Shown here: positions 36,427-45,336 of the stretch, one piece after another
How the letters are laid out: each line of letters opens with the position of its first letter
Numbering within the stretch: the stretch's first letter is position 1
Assembly: GCA_035498035.1 (NCBI GenBank)
Contig: DATKAN010000025.1
Coordinates: forward strand, 145,190 to 209,189
Reading direction: 5' to 3'
Source: Nitrospiria bacterium
Lineage (GTDB): Bacteria; Nitrospirota; Nitrospiria; JACQBZ01
DNA length: 64,000 bases
Notes under the pieces: generated by a model
Seen by the model: the letters and a program-made list of their open reading frames with translations, nothing else
The model's database searches: none
Told to the model about the DNA's origin: nothing
Program-made: the position numbers and the translations under genes

Positions 36427-38013
36427 ATGATCGACAAAACCCGGCCGACAAGTATTCCACCGTTTCCCCCTGGATACCGTGCTTCGGGCATCCTCCTTCA
36501 CGTCACCTCGCTCCCCTCGTCTTACGGCATTGGCGACTTGGGGCCGTCCGCGATGGCGTGGGTCGACCAACTCAACGAGGCGGGTCAAACCTGGTGGCAG
36601 GCCCTGCCGTTGGGACCCACCGGATACGGTGACTCGCCGTACCAATCCCTTTCGTCCTTTGCCGGTAACGGGCTACTGATCAGCCCGGACTGGATCATCG
36701 AGGACGGACTGTTGAATGCGAACGATTGCCAAGGCCCATCCTTCTCCGAAACCGCCGTCGATTACCAGGCCGTCGCCTCATTCAAACACCGGTTGCTCGA
36801 GAAGGCCTGGAATAACTTCCAATCGCAGGCGCACGCCGACTTGCAGAACGCCTGTCAGAATTTCCGCACCGATCAGGCCCATTGGCTGGAGGACTATGCC
36901 CTCTTCCAAGCGCTCAAAGCCCGGTACAACGGCGCCTATTACCTCCAATGGCCGGCCGAGCTGGTGCGCCGGGACCCGGCTGCCCTCGAACGGGCACGTC
37001 AGGAACTGGCCGGCCAGGTCGATCGGGTATGCTTTGTACAATTTCTGTTGTTCCGTCAGGGGGCGCGCCTCAGGGAATACGCACGGGGCAAGGGTGTCCG
37101 ATTGATCGGCGATCTGCCTTTTTTCGTTTCCCCCGATTCGAGCGACGTGTGGGCCAACCCGGAACTTTTTTTGTTGGACGAAGATCGCCGTCCGCGCGTC
37201 GTCGCCGGGGTACCGCCCGACTATTTCAGCGCCGATGGACAACTTTGGGGCAACCCTCTCTACGACTGGGCGGCGCTTCGTCGCACCGGCTATCGCTGGT
37301 GTATGGACCGCATTCGGGCGCTGCTGGCTCACGTCGACGTGGTCCGCCTGGATCATTTCCGGGCCTTCGTGGCGGCCTGGCAGATCCCGGCGGGGGCGCC
37401 GACGGCCCGATCGGGCCGCTGGAGGCGCGGTCCGGGTTTAAAATTTTTCAATGCGCTGGAGATGGAGATAGGAACGCTGCCTTTCATCGCCGAGGATTTG
37501 GGGGTGATTACTTCCGCGGTGAATGGGCTACGGGACAAGATGCATTTACCCGGAACGCGGGTCCTTCAGTTCGCCTTCGACGGCCAGTCGGACAACCCCT
37601 ACCTCCCCGAAAACTACGTCCCCAACACGGTGGTGTACACCGGCACCCACGACAACCCCACAACGCGCGGCTGGTATGCTGAATTGCCCGAGAACCAACG
37701 CAAAAATTTATGGGATTATCTAAAGCGCCCCCCTGGGAGAAGCGAGGAGGTCGCGCGCGAACTGATCGGCCTGGCGTGGTCCTCACCGGCGGCGTTGGCC
37801 ATGACTCCTTTACAGGATCTCCTCAGCCTTGGAGACGAGGCTCGAATGAACATCCCCGGTCGTGCGGAGGGTAACTGGCGCTGGCGCTGCACTCAGAAGA
37901 TGCTGTCGGATCCGGCCTTCCCATGGATCCGCGATTTGACACACTCCGCAAAGCGCTCGGGGGTTCTTGAAAGACCGACGACGGATCGCGTGATGGAGGC
38001 CGCGTCATCATGA
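36427..38013 (+). CDS. malQ: 4-alpha-glucanotransferase (amylomaltase, GH77)
   Basis: YGIGDLGP and [17 protein letters not shown] motifs, and the catalytic region [10 protein letters not shown]. Start is 3 nt after the pgm stop. Confidence 0.85.
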   Translation: MIDKTRPTSIPPFPPGYRASGILLHVTSLPSSYGIGDLGPSAMAWVDQLNEAGQTWWQALPLGPTGYGDSPYQSLSSFAGNGLLISPDWIIEDGLLNANDCQGPSFSETAVDYQAVASFKHRLLEKAWNNFQSQAHADLQNACQNFRTDQAHWLEDYALFQALKARYNGAYYLQWPAELVRRDPAALERARQELAGQVDRVCFVQFLLFRQGARLREYARGKGVRLIGDLPFFVSPDSSDVWANPELFLLDEDRRPRVVAGVPPDYFSADGQLWGNPLYDWAALRRTGYRWCMDRIRALLAHVDVVRLDHFRAFVAAWQIPAGAPTARSGRWRRGPGLKFFNALEMEIGTLPFIAEDLGVITSAVNGLRDKMHLPGTRVLQFAFDGQSDNPYLPENYVPNTVVYTGTHDNPTTRGWYAELPENQRKNLWDYLKRPPGRSEEVARELIGLAWSSPAALAMTPLQDLLSLGDEARMNIPGRAEGNWRWRCTQKMLSDPAFPWIRDLTHSAKRSGVLERPTTDRVMEAASS

Positions 38014-39677
38014 AAATTAAAAATCCCCGGGCAAAACGGCATGGCACCGCACCCCTGACCCGACGAAAGGCATGGAAGGCTCTCCAGGCCCATTATAAGA
38101 AGGTCCGGGGGTTGCATCTCCGGAAGCTTTTCGCGGACGATCCCAAACGCGGCGAGCGGATGACGGCCGAGGGGGCGGGTCTCTTCCTGGATTACTCCAA
38201 AAACCGGATCACGGATGAAACCATCGCGCTCCTCCTGAAGCTGGCGGAAGAATCCCGTCTGCGGGAGCGGATCGAGGCCATGTTCCGGGGGGAGAAGATC
38301 AACGTCACCGAAAACCGGGCCGTGCTGCATGTGGCCTTGCGGGCGCCGAGGGGGGCCTCGATCGTCGTGGACGGCGGGAACGTGGTTCCAGAAGTTCACG
38401 CCGTGCTGGATAAAATGGCCGAGTTCGCCAATCGGATCCGCAGCGGGGCCTGGAAGGGCCACACCGGCAAGCGCATTCGCAACGTCGTCAACATCGGGAT
38501 CGGGGGCTCCGACCTCGGGCCGGTGATGGCCTATGAGGCCCTCAGGCATTTCAGCGATCGGGCCCTGACCTTCCGCTTCGTATCCAACATCGACGGGACG
38601 GACTTCGCGGAGGCGATTCGGGACCTGGACCCCGCGGAGACCCTGCTCATCGTCTCCTCGAAAACCTTCACGACCCTGGAGACGATGACCAACGCCCGCA
38701 CCGCCCGGGACTGGGCGTTGAAGGGTCTCGGGGGAGATGAAAAGGCGGTGGCCCGGCATTTTGTCGCCGTATCGACGAACACGGCGGAGGTGTCGAAGTT
38801 CGGCATCGATCCCGCCAGCATGTTCGGGTTCTGGGACTGGGTCGGCGGCCGCTACTCCATGGACTCGGCCATCGGCCTCTCGACGATGCTGGCGGTCGGC
38901 CCGGAGCCATTCCGCGCCATGCTGGAGGGCTTCCACCGAATGGACAACCACTTCCGCGAAGCCCCTTTCGAGCGCAACCTGCCGGTTCTCATGGGCCTAC
39001 TGTCCCTCTGGTATAATAACTTCTTCGGCGCTCAAACCGTCGCGGTCCTGCCCTACGATCAATACCTGAAACGGTTCCCGGCCTATCTCCAACAGCTGAT
39101 CATGGAGAGCAACGGAAAACACGTGACGCTGGAGGGAACCGAGGTGGATTACCCGACCGGCGCAATCTACTGGGGCGAGCCCGGAACCAACGGCCAGCAT
39201 TCGTTCTATCAGCTGATTCATCAGGGGACTCGGCTGATCCCCTGCGACTTCATCGCATTCAACCGTTCGCTCAACCCGCTCGGCCGCCATCACGACATGC
39301 TGCTGGCGAATGTCTTCGCCCAGGCCGAAGCGCTGGCCTTCGGCAAGACGGACAAGGAGGTCAAAGCCGAGGGCACCCCCCCGGCCCTGGCGCCGCACCG
39401 GGTCTTCGAGGGAAACCGACCGTCGAACATGATCCTCGCCGAACGCCTGTCGCCGGAAATCCTGGGATCCTTGGTCGCCCTGTACGAGCACCTGACTTTC
39501 ACCCAGGGCGTCGTCTGGAATTTGAATTCGTTCGATCAATGGGGCGTGGAGCTCGGCAAGGCGCTGGCCCAGCGGATTCTTCCGGAACTTGAGAGCAAGA
39601 CGGCGCCCAAGCTCGGCCATGACAGTTCGACGAACCATCTGATCCGTCGGTATCGGAATTCGAAGGGGGCGGGATGA
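38010..39677 (+). CDS. pgi: Glucose-6-phosphate isomerase
   Basis: 555 aa with the PGI signature regions (GIGGSDLGP; ...ESNGKHVT...). Overlaps the malQ stop (ATGA). Confidence 0.9.
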   Translation: MKIKNPRAKRHGTAPLTRRKAWKALQAHYKKVRGLHLRKLFADDPKRGERMTAEGAGLFLDYSKNRITDETIALLLKLAEESRLRERIEAMFRGEKINVTENRAVLHVALRAPRGASIVVDGGNVVPEVHAVLDKMAEFANRIRSGAWKGHTGKRIRNVVNIGIGGSDLGPVMAYEALRHFSDRALTFRFVSNIDGTDFAEAIRDLDPAETLLIVSSKTFTTLETMTNARTARDWALKGLGGDEKAVARHFVAVSTNTAEVSKFGIDPASMFGFWDWVGGRYSMDSAIGLSTMLAVGPEPFRAMLEGFHRMDNHFREAPFERNLPVLMGLLSLWYNNFFGAQTVAVLPYDQYLKRFPAYLQQLIMESNGKHVTLEGTEVDYPTGAIYWGEPGTNGQHSFYQLIHQGTRLIPCDFIAFNRSLNPLGRHHDMLLANVFAQAEALAFGKTDKEVKAEGTPPALAPHRVFEGNRPSNMILAERLSPEILGSLVALYEHLTFTQGVVWNLNSFDQWGVELGKALAQRILPELESKTAPKLGHDSSTNHLIRRYRNSKGAG

Positions 39678-39720
39678 AGGCCTTCACAACGAGCCATGGC
39701 TATGGTGAGAGGGATCTAAT

Positions 39721-40737
39721 ATGGAAATTGGGATGATCGGTTTGGGCAGAATGGGCGCGAACATGGTGCGGCGGCTTTTGAAAAACGGCCACCGCTGCGT
39801 CGTCTTCGACCAGTCGCCAAAAACGGTGAAGGCGTTGGCGCAGGAGAAAGCGGTCGGGGCCTCCTCGCTTGCGGATCTCGCCAAAAAACTGGAGAAACCG
39901 CGGGCGATCTGGATGATGGTTCCGGCGGCGGTCGTGGATAAAACCATCGCCGACCTCCGGCCCCATCTCGAGGCCGGGGACATTCTCATCGATGGCGGCA
40001 ATTCCTGTTATGTGGATGACATCCGGCGGGCCAAGGATCTTGCGGCCAAACGGATCCATTACGTGGATGTGGGAACCAGCGGAGGGGTCTGGGGTCTGGA
40101 GCGGGGCTACTGCTTGATGATCGGCGGCGAGGCCGCGCCGGTCAAGCGGCTCGATCCGATCTTCGCCGGCCTGTCTCCCGGCGCGGGCGACATCCCGCAC
40201 ACCGCGGGGCGCGAGAAGATTCCCGGCACCGCCGACCAGGGTTACCTGCACTGCGGGCCGAACGGCGCCGGCCACTTTGTCAAGATGGTGCACAACGGAA
40301 TCGAGTACGGTCTCATGGCCGCCTACGCCGAGGGGATGGGCATCCTGCGCGCCGCAAACGTCGGTAAGAGAAAACACGAGGCCGATGCGGAGACGACCCC
40401 CCTGCGCGAGCCCGAGCATTATTCCTACGATTTTAATCTGAGCGACATCGCGGAAGTCTGGCGACGCGGGAGCGTGGTCGCTTCGTGGCTGCTGGATTTG
40501 ACGGCCGCCGCACTGGCCAAAGATCCCGAACTCTCGCGCTTCACCGGGCGGGTGTCGGATTCGGGCGAAGGACGGTGGACGATCAAGGCCGCCGTGGATG
40601 AAGCGGTGCCGGCCCACGTCCTGACCGCGGCGCTCTTTGAACGGTTCAGCTCACGAGGCGAGGCCGGGTTCGCGGACAAGTTGCTCTCGGCCATGCGCTT
40701 CGAGTTCGGCGGACACGTGGAAAAACAGGAGAAATGA
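39721..40737 (+). CDS. gnd: 6-phosphogluconate dehydrogenase (decarboxylating), short ~300-aa NAD-type form
   Basis: [13 protein letters not shown] Rossmann motif, then [19 protein letters not shown] and [21 protein letters not shown], the 6PGDH catalytic-domain signatures. Confidence 0.8.
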   Translation: MEIGMIGLGRMGANMVRRLLKNGHRCVVFDQSPKTVKALAQEKAVGASSLADLAKKLEKPRAIWMMVPAAVVDKTIADLRPHLEAGDILIDGGNSCYVDDIRRAKDLAAKRIHYVDVGTSGGVWGLERGYCLMIGGEAAPVKRLDPIFAGLSPGAGDIPHTAGREKIPGTADQGYLHCGPNGAGHFVKMVHNGIEYGLMAAYAEGMGILRAANVGKRKHEADAETTPLREPEHYSYDFNLSDIAEVWRRGSVVASWLLDLTAAALAKDPELSRFTGRVSDSGEGRWTIKAAVDEAVPAHVLTAALFERFSSRGEAGFADKLLSAMRFEFGGHVEKQEK

Positions 40738-40756
40738 GGGGAAAAACAGAGGTCTC

Positions 40757-41455
40757 ATGCAAATCAAAATTCTTCCCGATGCCGATGCGGTGGCAAAAGA
40801 GGCGGCCAAAATCATCGCCGCGGAGGCTCGGGCGGCCGCGGCCGCGCGCGGCCGGTTCATCGTGGCCATGAGCGGTGGCCGTACACCGTGGGCGATGCTT
40901 CGTGCGCTGGCCTCGGAAGACCTCCCCTGGGATGAAATTCATGTCGTGCAGGTGGACGAACGGGTGGTCCCGGAGGGTCACCCGGACCGGAACCTCACCC
41001 GGTTGCGCGAAAGCCTGCTTGACCATTCCCCGCTGCCTCCGGAGCAAATCCATCCCATGCCGGTGGAGTCGTCGGATCTGGAAGTTGCCGCCATGGGCTA
41101 TGCCCTGACCCTCAAAGAGATCGCCGGCTCGCCGCCGGTGCTCGACCTGGTCCATCTGGGACTTGGACCGGACGGTCACACCGCTTCACTCGTGCCGGGT
41201 GATCCGGTCCTCCACATCACCGACCGGGATGTCGCCCTGACGGGGATATATCACCAGCGACGTCGGATGACCCTGACCTATCCCATTTTGAACCGTTCAC
41301 GGAACATCCTCTGGCTTGTGACCGGGAGCGAAAAGGTCGGGATGCTTTCGCGCTTGCGCGACGGCGATCCATCCATTCCGGCCGGGCGTGTTCGCCGGGA
41401 CCATGCCCGGGTACTCGCCGACCGCGCGGCCGCCGGGGGGCCGGGGTCGATATAA
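40757..41455 (+). CDS. pgl: 6-phosphogluconolactonase
   Basis: RFIVAMSGGRTP motif of the Pgl/NagB fold. Position is directly after gnd. Start at the Met (MQIKILPD...) 120 nt downstream of the ORF-track start. Confidence 0.75.
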   Translation: MQIKILPDADAVAKEAAKIIAAEARAAAAARGRFIVAMSGGRTPWAMLRALASEDLPWDEIHVVQVDERVVPEGHPDRNLTRLRESLLDHSPLPPEQIHPMPVESSDLEVAAMGYALTLKEIAGSPPVLDLVHLGLGPDGHTASLVPGDPVLHITDRDVALTGIYHQRRRMTLTYPILNRSRNILWLVTGSEKVGMLSRLRDGDPSIPAGRVRRDHARVLADRAAAGGPGSI

Positions 41456-41877
41456 ACGGCCCGGCAGATCGTGTTTCGGAAGACGCCGAGCTGTCCCATC
41501 TTCACTGATTTCCGTTTTCAAGCACCCGGAAATTTAACCCACGAAACGATCGGGATCGCCTTGGCCATGGCTCGGGTTCAGATTGAACCGAGCGCTTGGT
41601 CCGGCGGTCCATGCCGGGCGGGCCTAAAAGGCATATTTTACCAAAATTATCAACTCGTAATATTACTAGTCGGTAACTTACCGTGTAAAAACAAGGGTCG
41701 GACGAATGTCGCCTCCTGTTTCCTGCAACGGCCTTGTTTCCCAACTACCCTAAGTAACACTACGGAGGCTTGGCGCATTGACTTAAGAGCGATACAAAGG
41801 ATACCATGGATGCAACCCATGGATCTGTAATCGCAGCCGTGGCCGACGGTTCTTCCCTTCGGCTCGTTTAGGCCCGG

Positions 41878-44196
41878 TTGAGCTTCCTTATGCGGGAACG
41901 AATTGTAAAAATGGCCGTTTGCGCGCTGTGTTGGATGAGCCTGGCCACCGCAACGGGCGTGAACGCCGCGGATGTCGAGAGGGCCCGACGCGTCCTGATC
42001 CTATCGGACCAAAGCAGCGTCATGCCGGGCGTCTCAACCGTCCAAAGAAATGCGGAGTCTGTGATTCGAACGGCCCTTCAGTGGCGTGTCGAATTTAACG
42101 CCGAATACCTCGACGCCGGGCGTTATCCCCAGGAGAAGCTATCTCCGCTGTTTCTGAATTACGTGCGCGAGAAATACGCCTCGCATCCTCCCGACCTGAT
42201 CGTCGCGTTATGCACCGTGAGCTTTGACCTTCTTGCAGAGCTGGCGAAAACCGATTTTCCGAGCGTGCCGATCGTTCTGATGGGTCTCACCGAAGGAGAG
42301 GTCTCTCTTGAAAAATTCGGCCCCAATGTAACCGGCTTTATCCAGCGTTCCGATATGCTCGGGACGATGGAGCTTATTTTAAAGTTGCAGCCCGAGGTGC
42401 GGCGGATCGTGGTCATCGGCGGCACCACGCCCTTTGATAAAGCGTACCTGAACAGGGTTCGGGAAGATGCCCGGTCGCTGGAGGGCCGCGTTGCGGTCGA
42501 ATTCTGGACCGACCGTTCCCTGGCGGAACTGGAGAAGGACGTTTCCTCCTTGGACCGGGACACGGCCGTATTCTATACGACGATCTTTCGGGATTCCACG
42601 GGCGAATCTTTTGTTCCGGTGGAAGCCGCGCAGAGGATTGTCGACCGCGCGAGCGTTCCCGTATACGGTTTTTTTGAGGGGATCGTGAAAGTCGGAGCCG
42701 TGGGCGGATCGGTCATCCAGTTTGAGACGATCGGAAAAAAGGTGGGCGAGTTCGCCGGCCGCATTCTTCAAGGCGGATCGGCCAATTCAAACCCCCTTGA
42801 ACTTCATAAGGACGCCCTGCCCGTCTTCAACTGGACTGCGCTTCATCGGTGGGGAATCGATGAAAACCGCTTGCCGCCGGGCAGCGTCTTGGAATTTCGG
42901 ACCCCTTCGGCATGGGAAAAGTATCGATGGTATCTTCTTGCGGGGCTCGCCATCATAACGTTTCAAACCGCATTGATCATCGGTTTATTCGTGCAGCGCT
43001 CCCGTTTCCGGAAGGTCGAGAGGAGCCTTCGGGAGAGCCATAACTTGATAGAACTGGCCTCGGGGGCCGGTCATTTGGGTCTGTGGGTGCGCGACTTGCC
43101 ATCCGGTGAAGTATGGGCCAACCGCACACTGCGAACGATCCTGGGCTTTAAAGAAGAGGCGGTGTTTCAGATCGATGACCTTTATGGCCGAATTCATCCC
43201 GGAGATCGCGATCGGGCCCTCGCTGCGATTACGGCCGCCGCAGGAAACGGACAGTTATTTGAATTCGAGTGCCGTTTGTCACGTCCCGGTGGCACGGAGC
43301 GTTGGGTGTTGGTGAAAGGGAAAGGGGTTCTCGATTCACAGGGTCGTCTGATCCGGACGCAAGGCGTCGTGGTGGACAAAACAGCGAGCAAGCAGACCGA
43401 ATTGCAAGCGGACCGTCAGCGCGAGGAGCTCACGCACATCCAACGCATTTCGACGATGGGAGAGCTGGCCGCATCGCTGGCGCATGAGTTGAACCAGCCG
43501 CTCACGGCCATCCTGAGCAACGCCCAGGCCGCCCAGCGCTTTCTGCTCGCCAACCCGGCCGACATGGAGACGCTGCAAGAGATTCTCAGAGACATTATCG
43601 AGGACAACAGCCGTGCCAGCGAGGTCATCCGCCGTTTGCGCTCGCTGGTCAGGAAGGAAGCGCACGAATACGCGGCACTCGACCTCGCCGGAATCGTCCG
43701 GAATGTCATGCTGCTGGTCCAAAGCGACGCCGTATTACACAATGTGAACGTCTCGCTCCTATGCAGCCAGGGCCCGCACCACGCGTGGGGGGACAAGGTT
43801 CAGTTAACGCAGGTCGTGCTCAATCTCTTATTGAACGCGTTTGACTCCATGAAGGATATCCCGGCCGACGAACGTCGTGTCGTTGTACGGATAGAACAGA
43901 ACGGCCCCCACAGGGTGAAAGTGACCGTGAGCGACCGCGGCCACGGTCTGCCCGGGGACAGGCTCGAAAAGATTTTTGAGCCTTTTTACACCACCAAACC
44001 CGACGGGATGGGAATGGGGCTCACCATCAGTCGCTCCATCATCGAGGCCCACGGCGGGCGTCTGTGGGCGGAGAACAACCCCGATGGCGGCGCGACATTT
44101 AACTTCACGGTGCGGGTCGACAGGCGACGGACCGGAAGGGTCGGTTCGCAGCCTCTACGCGAGCTGGAAAAGAGCGATCATCTTGGACAACCCTAA
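41878..44196 (+). CDS. Sensor histidine kinase with a large N-terminal periplasmic solute-binding-protein-like domain, one TM, PAS, HisKA and HATPase_c
   Basis: Signal peptide MAVCALCWMSLATATGVNA and a ~330-aa periplasmic domain with an ABC-substrate-binding/BMP-like pattern. TM helix WYLLAGLAIITFQTALIIGLFV, PAS region, H-box LAHELNQPL, and the G boxes DRGHGL and GMGMGL. True start may be an internal Met at 41890 or 41911. Confidence 0.8.
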   Translation: MSFLMRERIVKMAVCALCWMSLATATGVNAADVERARRVLILSDQSSVMPGVSTVQRNAESVIRTALQWRVEFNAEYLDAGRYPQEKLSPLFLNYVREKYASHPPDLIVALCTVSFDLLAELAKTDFPSVPIVLMGLTEGEVSLEKFGPNVTGFIQRSDMLGTMELILKLQPEVRRIVVIGGTTPFDKAYLNRVREDARSLEGRVAVEFWTDRSLAELEKDVSSLDRDTAVFYTTIFRDSTGESFVPVEAAQRIVDRASVPVYGFFEGIVKVGAVGGSVIQFETIGKKVGEFAGRILQGGSANSNPLELHKDALPVFNWTALHRWGIDENRLPPGSVLEFRTPSAWEKYRWYLLAGLAIITFQTALIIGLFVQRSRFRKVERSLRESHNLIELASGAGHLGLWVRDLPSGEVWANRTLRTILGFKEEAVFQIDDLYGRIHPGDRDRALAAITAAAGNGQLFEFECRLSRPGGTERWVLVKGKGVLDSQGRLIRTQGVVVDKTASKQTELQADRQREELTHIQRISTMGELAASLAHELNQPLTAILSNAQAAQRFLLANPADMETLQEILRDIIEDNSRASEVIRRLRSLVRKEAHEYAALDLAGIVRNVMLLVQSDAVLHNVNVSLLCSQGPHHAWGDKVQLTQVVLNLLLNAFDSMKDIPADERRVVVRIEQNGPHRVKVTVSDRGHGLPGDRLEKIFEPFYTTKPDGMGMGLTISRSIIEAHGGRLWAENNPDGGATFNFTVRVDRRRTGRVGSQPLRELEKSDHLGQP

Positions 44197-44818
44197 ACCC
44201 GCCACGGTGTTTCTAATCGATGACGACGCCTCCGTGCGGCGGGCGTTGACGCGACTCATCACGTCCGCCGGCCATCAGGTGCGGCCCTTTGCCTCGGCGC
44301 GCGAATATCTGGACAGCGGTCCTCATGGCGGCGGTCCGGCCTGCCTGGTGCTCGACGTTCGTCTGCCCGGCCTCAGCGGGCTGGACCTCCAACGCGAACT
44401 TCGGACGGCCAAGACCCCCCACCCTGTTATTTTTATCACCGGCCACGCGGATGTTCCGATGAGCGTGAAGGCGATGAAGGAGGGGGCGGTCGATTTTATT
44501 CCCAAGCCGGTTCGGGATGAGGACCTTCTGCGCTCCATCGAACAGGCGATGACCCGGGCCGAACGGGAAAGCGCGGAACGGGCCGAGATCGAGGCCCTTC
44601 AAGATCGCGCCCACCGCTTGACCCCGCGCGAGCGCGAGGTGATGGCCCTGGTCGTGAGAGGCCTGCTCAATAAACAAATCGCCTTCGAACTCGGCACCGC
44701 CGAAAAAACCGTCAAAGTCCACCGGGCGCGCGTGATGCAGAAAATGCAGGTCCAATCGCTGGCCGAACTCGTGCGCGTCACGGAGAAGATCGGCCTTCCG
44801 CCAAGACCCGCTTCGTAA
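44183..44818 (+). CDS. Response regulator, FixJ/LuxR family (REC plus HTH_LuxR)
   Basis: MDNPKPATVFLIDDD...VLDVRLPGLSG...TGHAD receiver domain and a C-terminal LTPREREVMALVVRGLLNKQIAFELGTAEKTVKVHRAR. Start taken as the TTG at 44183, overlapping the kinase stop by 14 nt. An in-frame ATG at 44084 would overlap by 113 nt. Confidence 0.7.
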   Translation: MDNPKPATVFLIDDDASVRRALTRLITSAGHQVRPFASAREYLDSGPHGGGPACLVLDVRLPGLSGLDLQRELRTAKTPHPVIFITGHADVPMSVKAMKEGAVDFIPKPVRDEDLLRSIEQAMTRAERESAERAEIEALQDRAHRLTPREREVMALVVRGLLNKQIAFELGTAEKTVKVHRARVMQKMQVQSLAELVRVTEKIGLPPRPAS

Positions 44819-44922
44819 TCCTCCCCCTTTCGATCCATTGGACCAAGGTCCCATATCCACCCATCCCGTTTTTCATTAGAATAAGCCCCCTGTAATCCAT
44901 GGAGTGAACGAACCTGTTTCGG

Positions 44923-45336
44923 GTGGACTGCGCGGGGTTCCTCTTGAGCCAAACCAAGCCTCTGATCGCCGTTGTGGATGACGATGTATCCGTCTGTCGC
45001 GCGCTGGAGCGGCTGCTGCACTCGCTGGGGATGAACACACATACCTTCGCCTCCGGCGGCGAGTTCCTCGATTTCATTCATGCCATGCCGTCGTTTCATC
45101 CGGACTGCGTCCTCCTCGACCTGCATATGCCCGGGTTGAACGGCCTGGATGTGCAGGAACAACTGACCCGGGACCACAGTCCGCTTTCCGTCATTTTCAT
45201 CACCGCCTATGACGAGGCCGTCACCCGGGATCGGGCGCTGGAGGGAGGCGCGGTCGCCTTTTTGCGCAAACCGTTCAGCGATGAGACCTTGATTAAGGCA
45301 TTGAACGAAGCGATTCAGAGGAGATCGGGACAATGA
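44923..45336 (+). CDS. Stand-alone receiver (REC) domain protein, translationally coupled to the decarboxylase gene
   Basis: IAVVDDDVSVCRAL...CVLLDLHMPGLNG...FITAYDE...FLRKPF receiver pattern with no output domain. Stop overlaps the next start (ATGA). TTG at 44944 (MSQTKPLIAVVDDD) is an alternative start. Confidence 0.6.
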   Translation: MDCAGFLLSQTKPLIAVVDDDVSVCRALERLLHSLGMNTHTFASGGEFLDFIHAMPSFHPDCVLLDLHMPGLNGLDVQEQLTRDHSPLSVIFITAYDEAVTRDRALEGGAVAFLRKPFSDETLIKALNEAIQRRSGQ

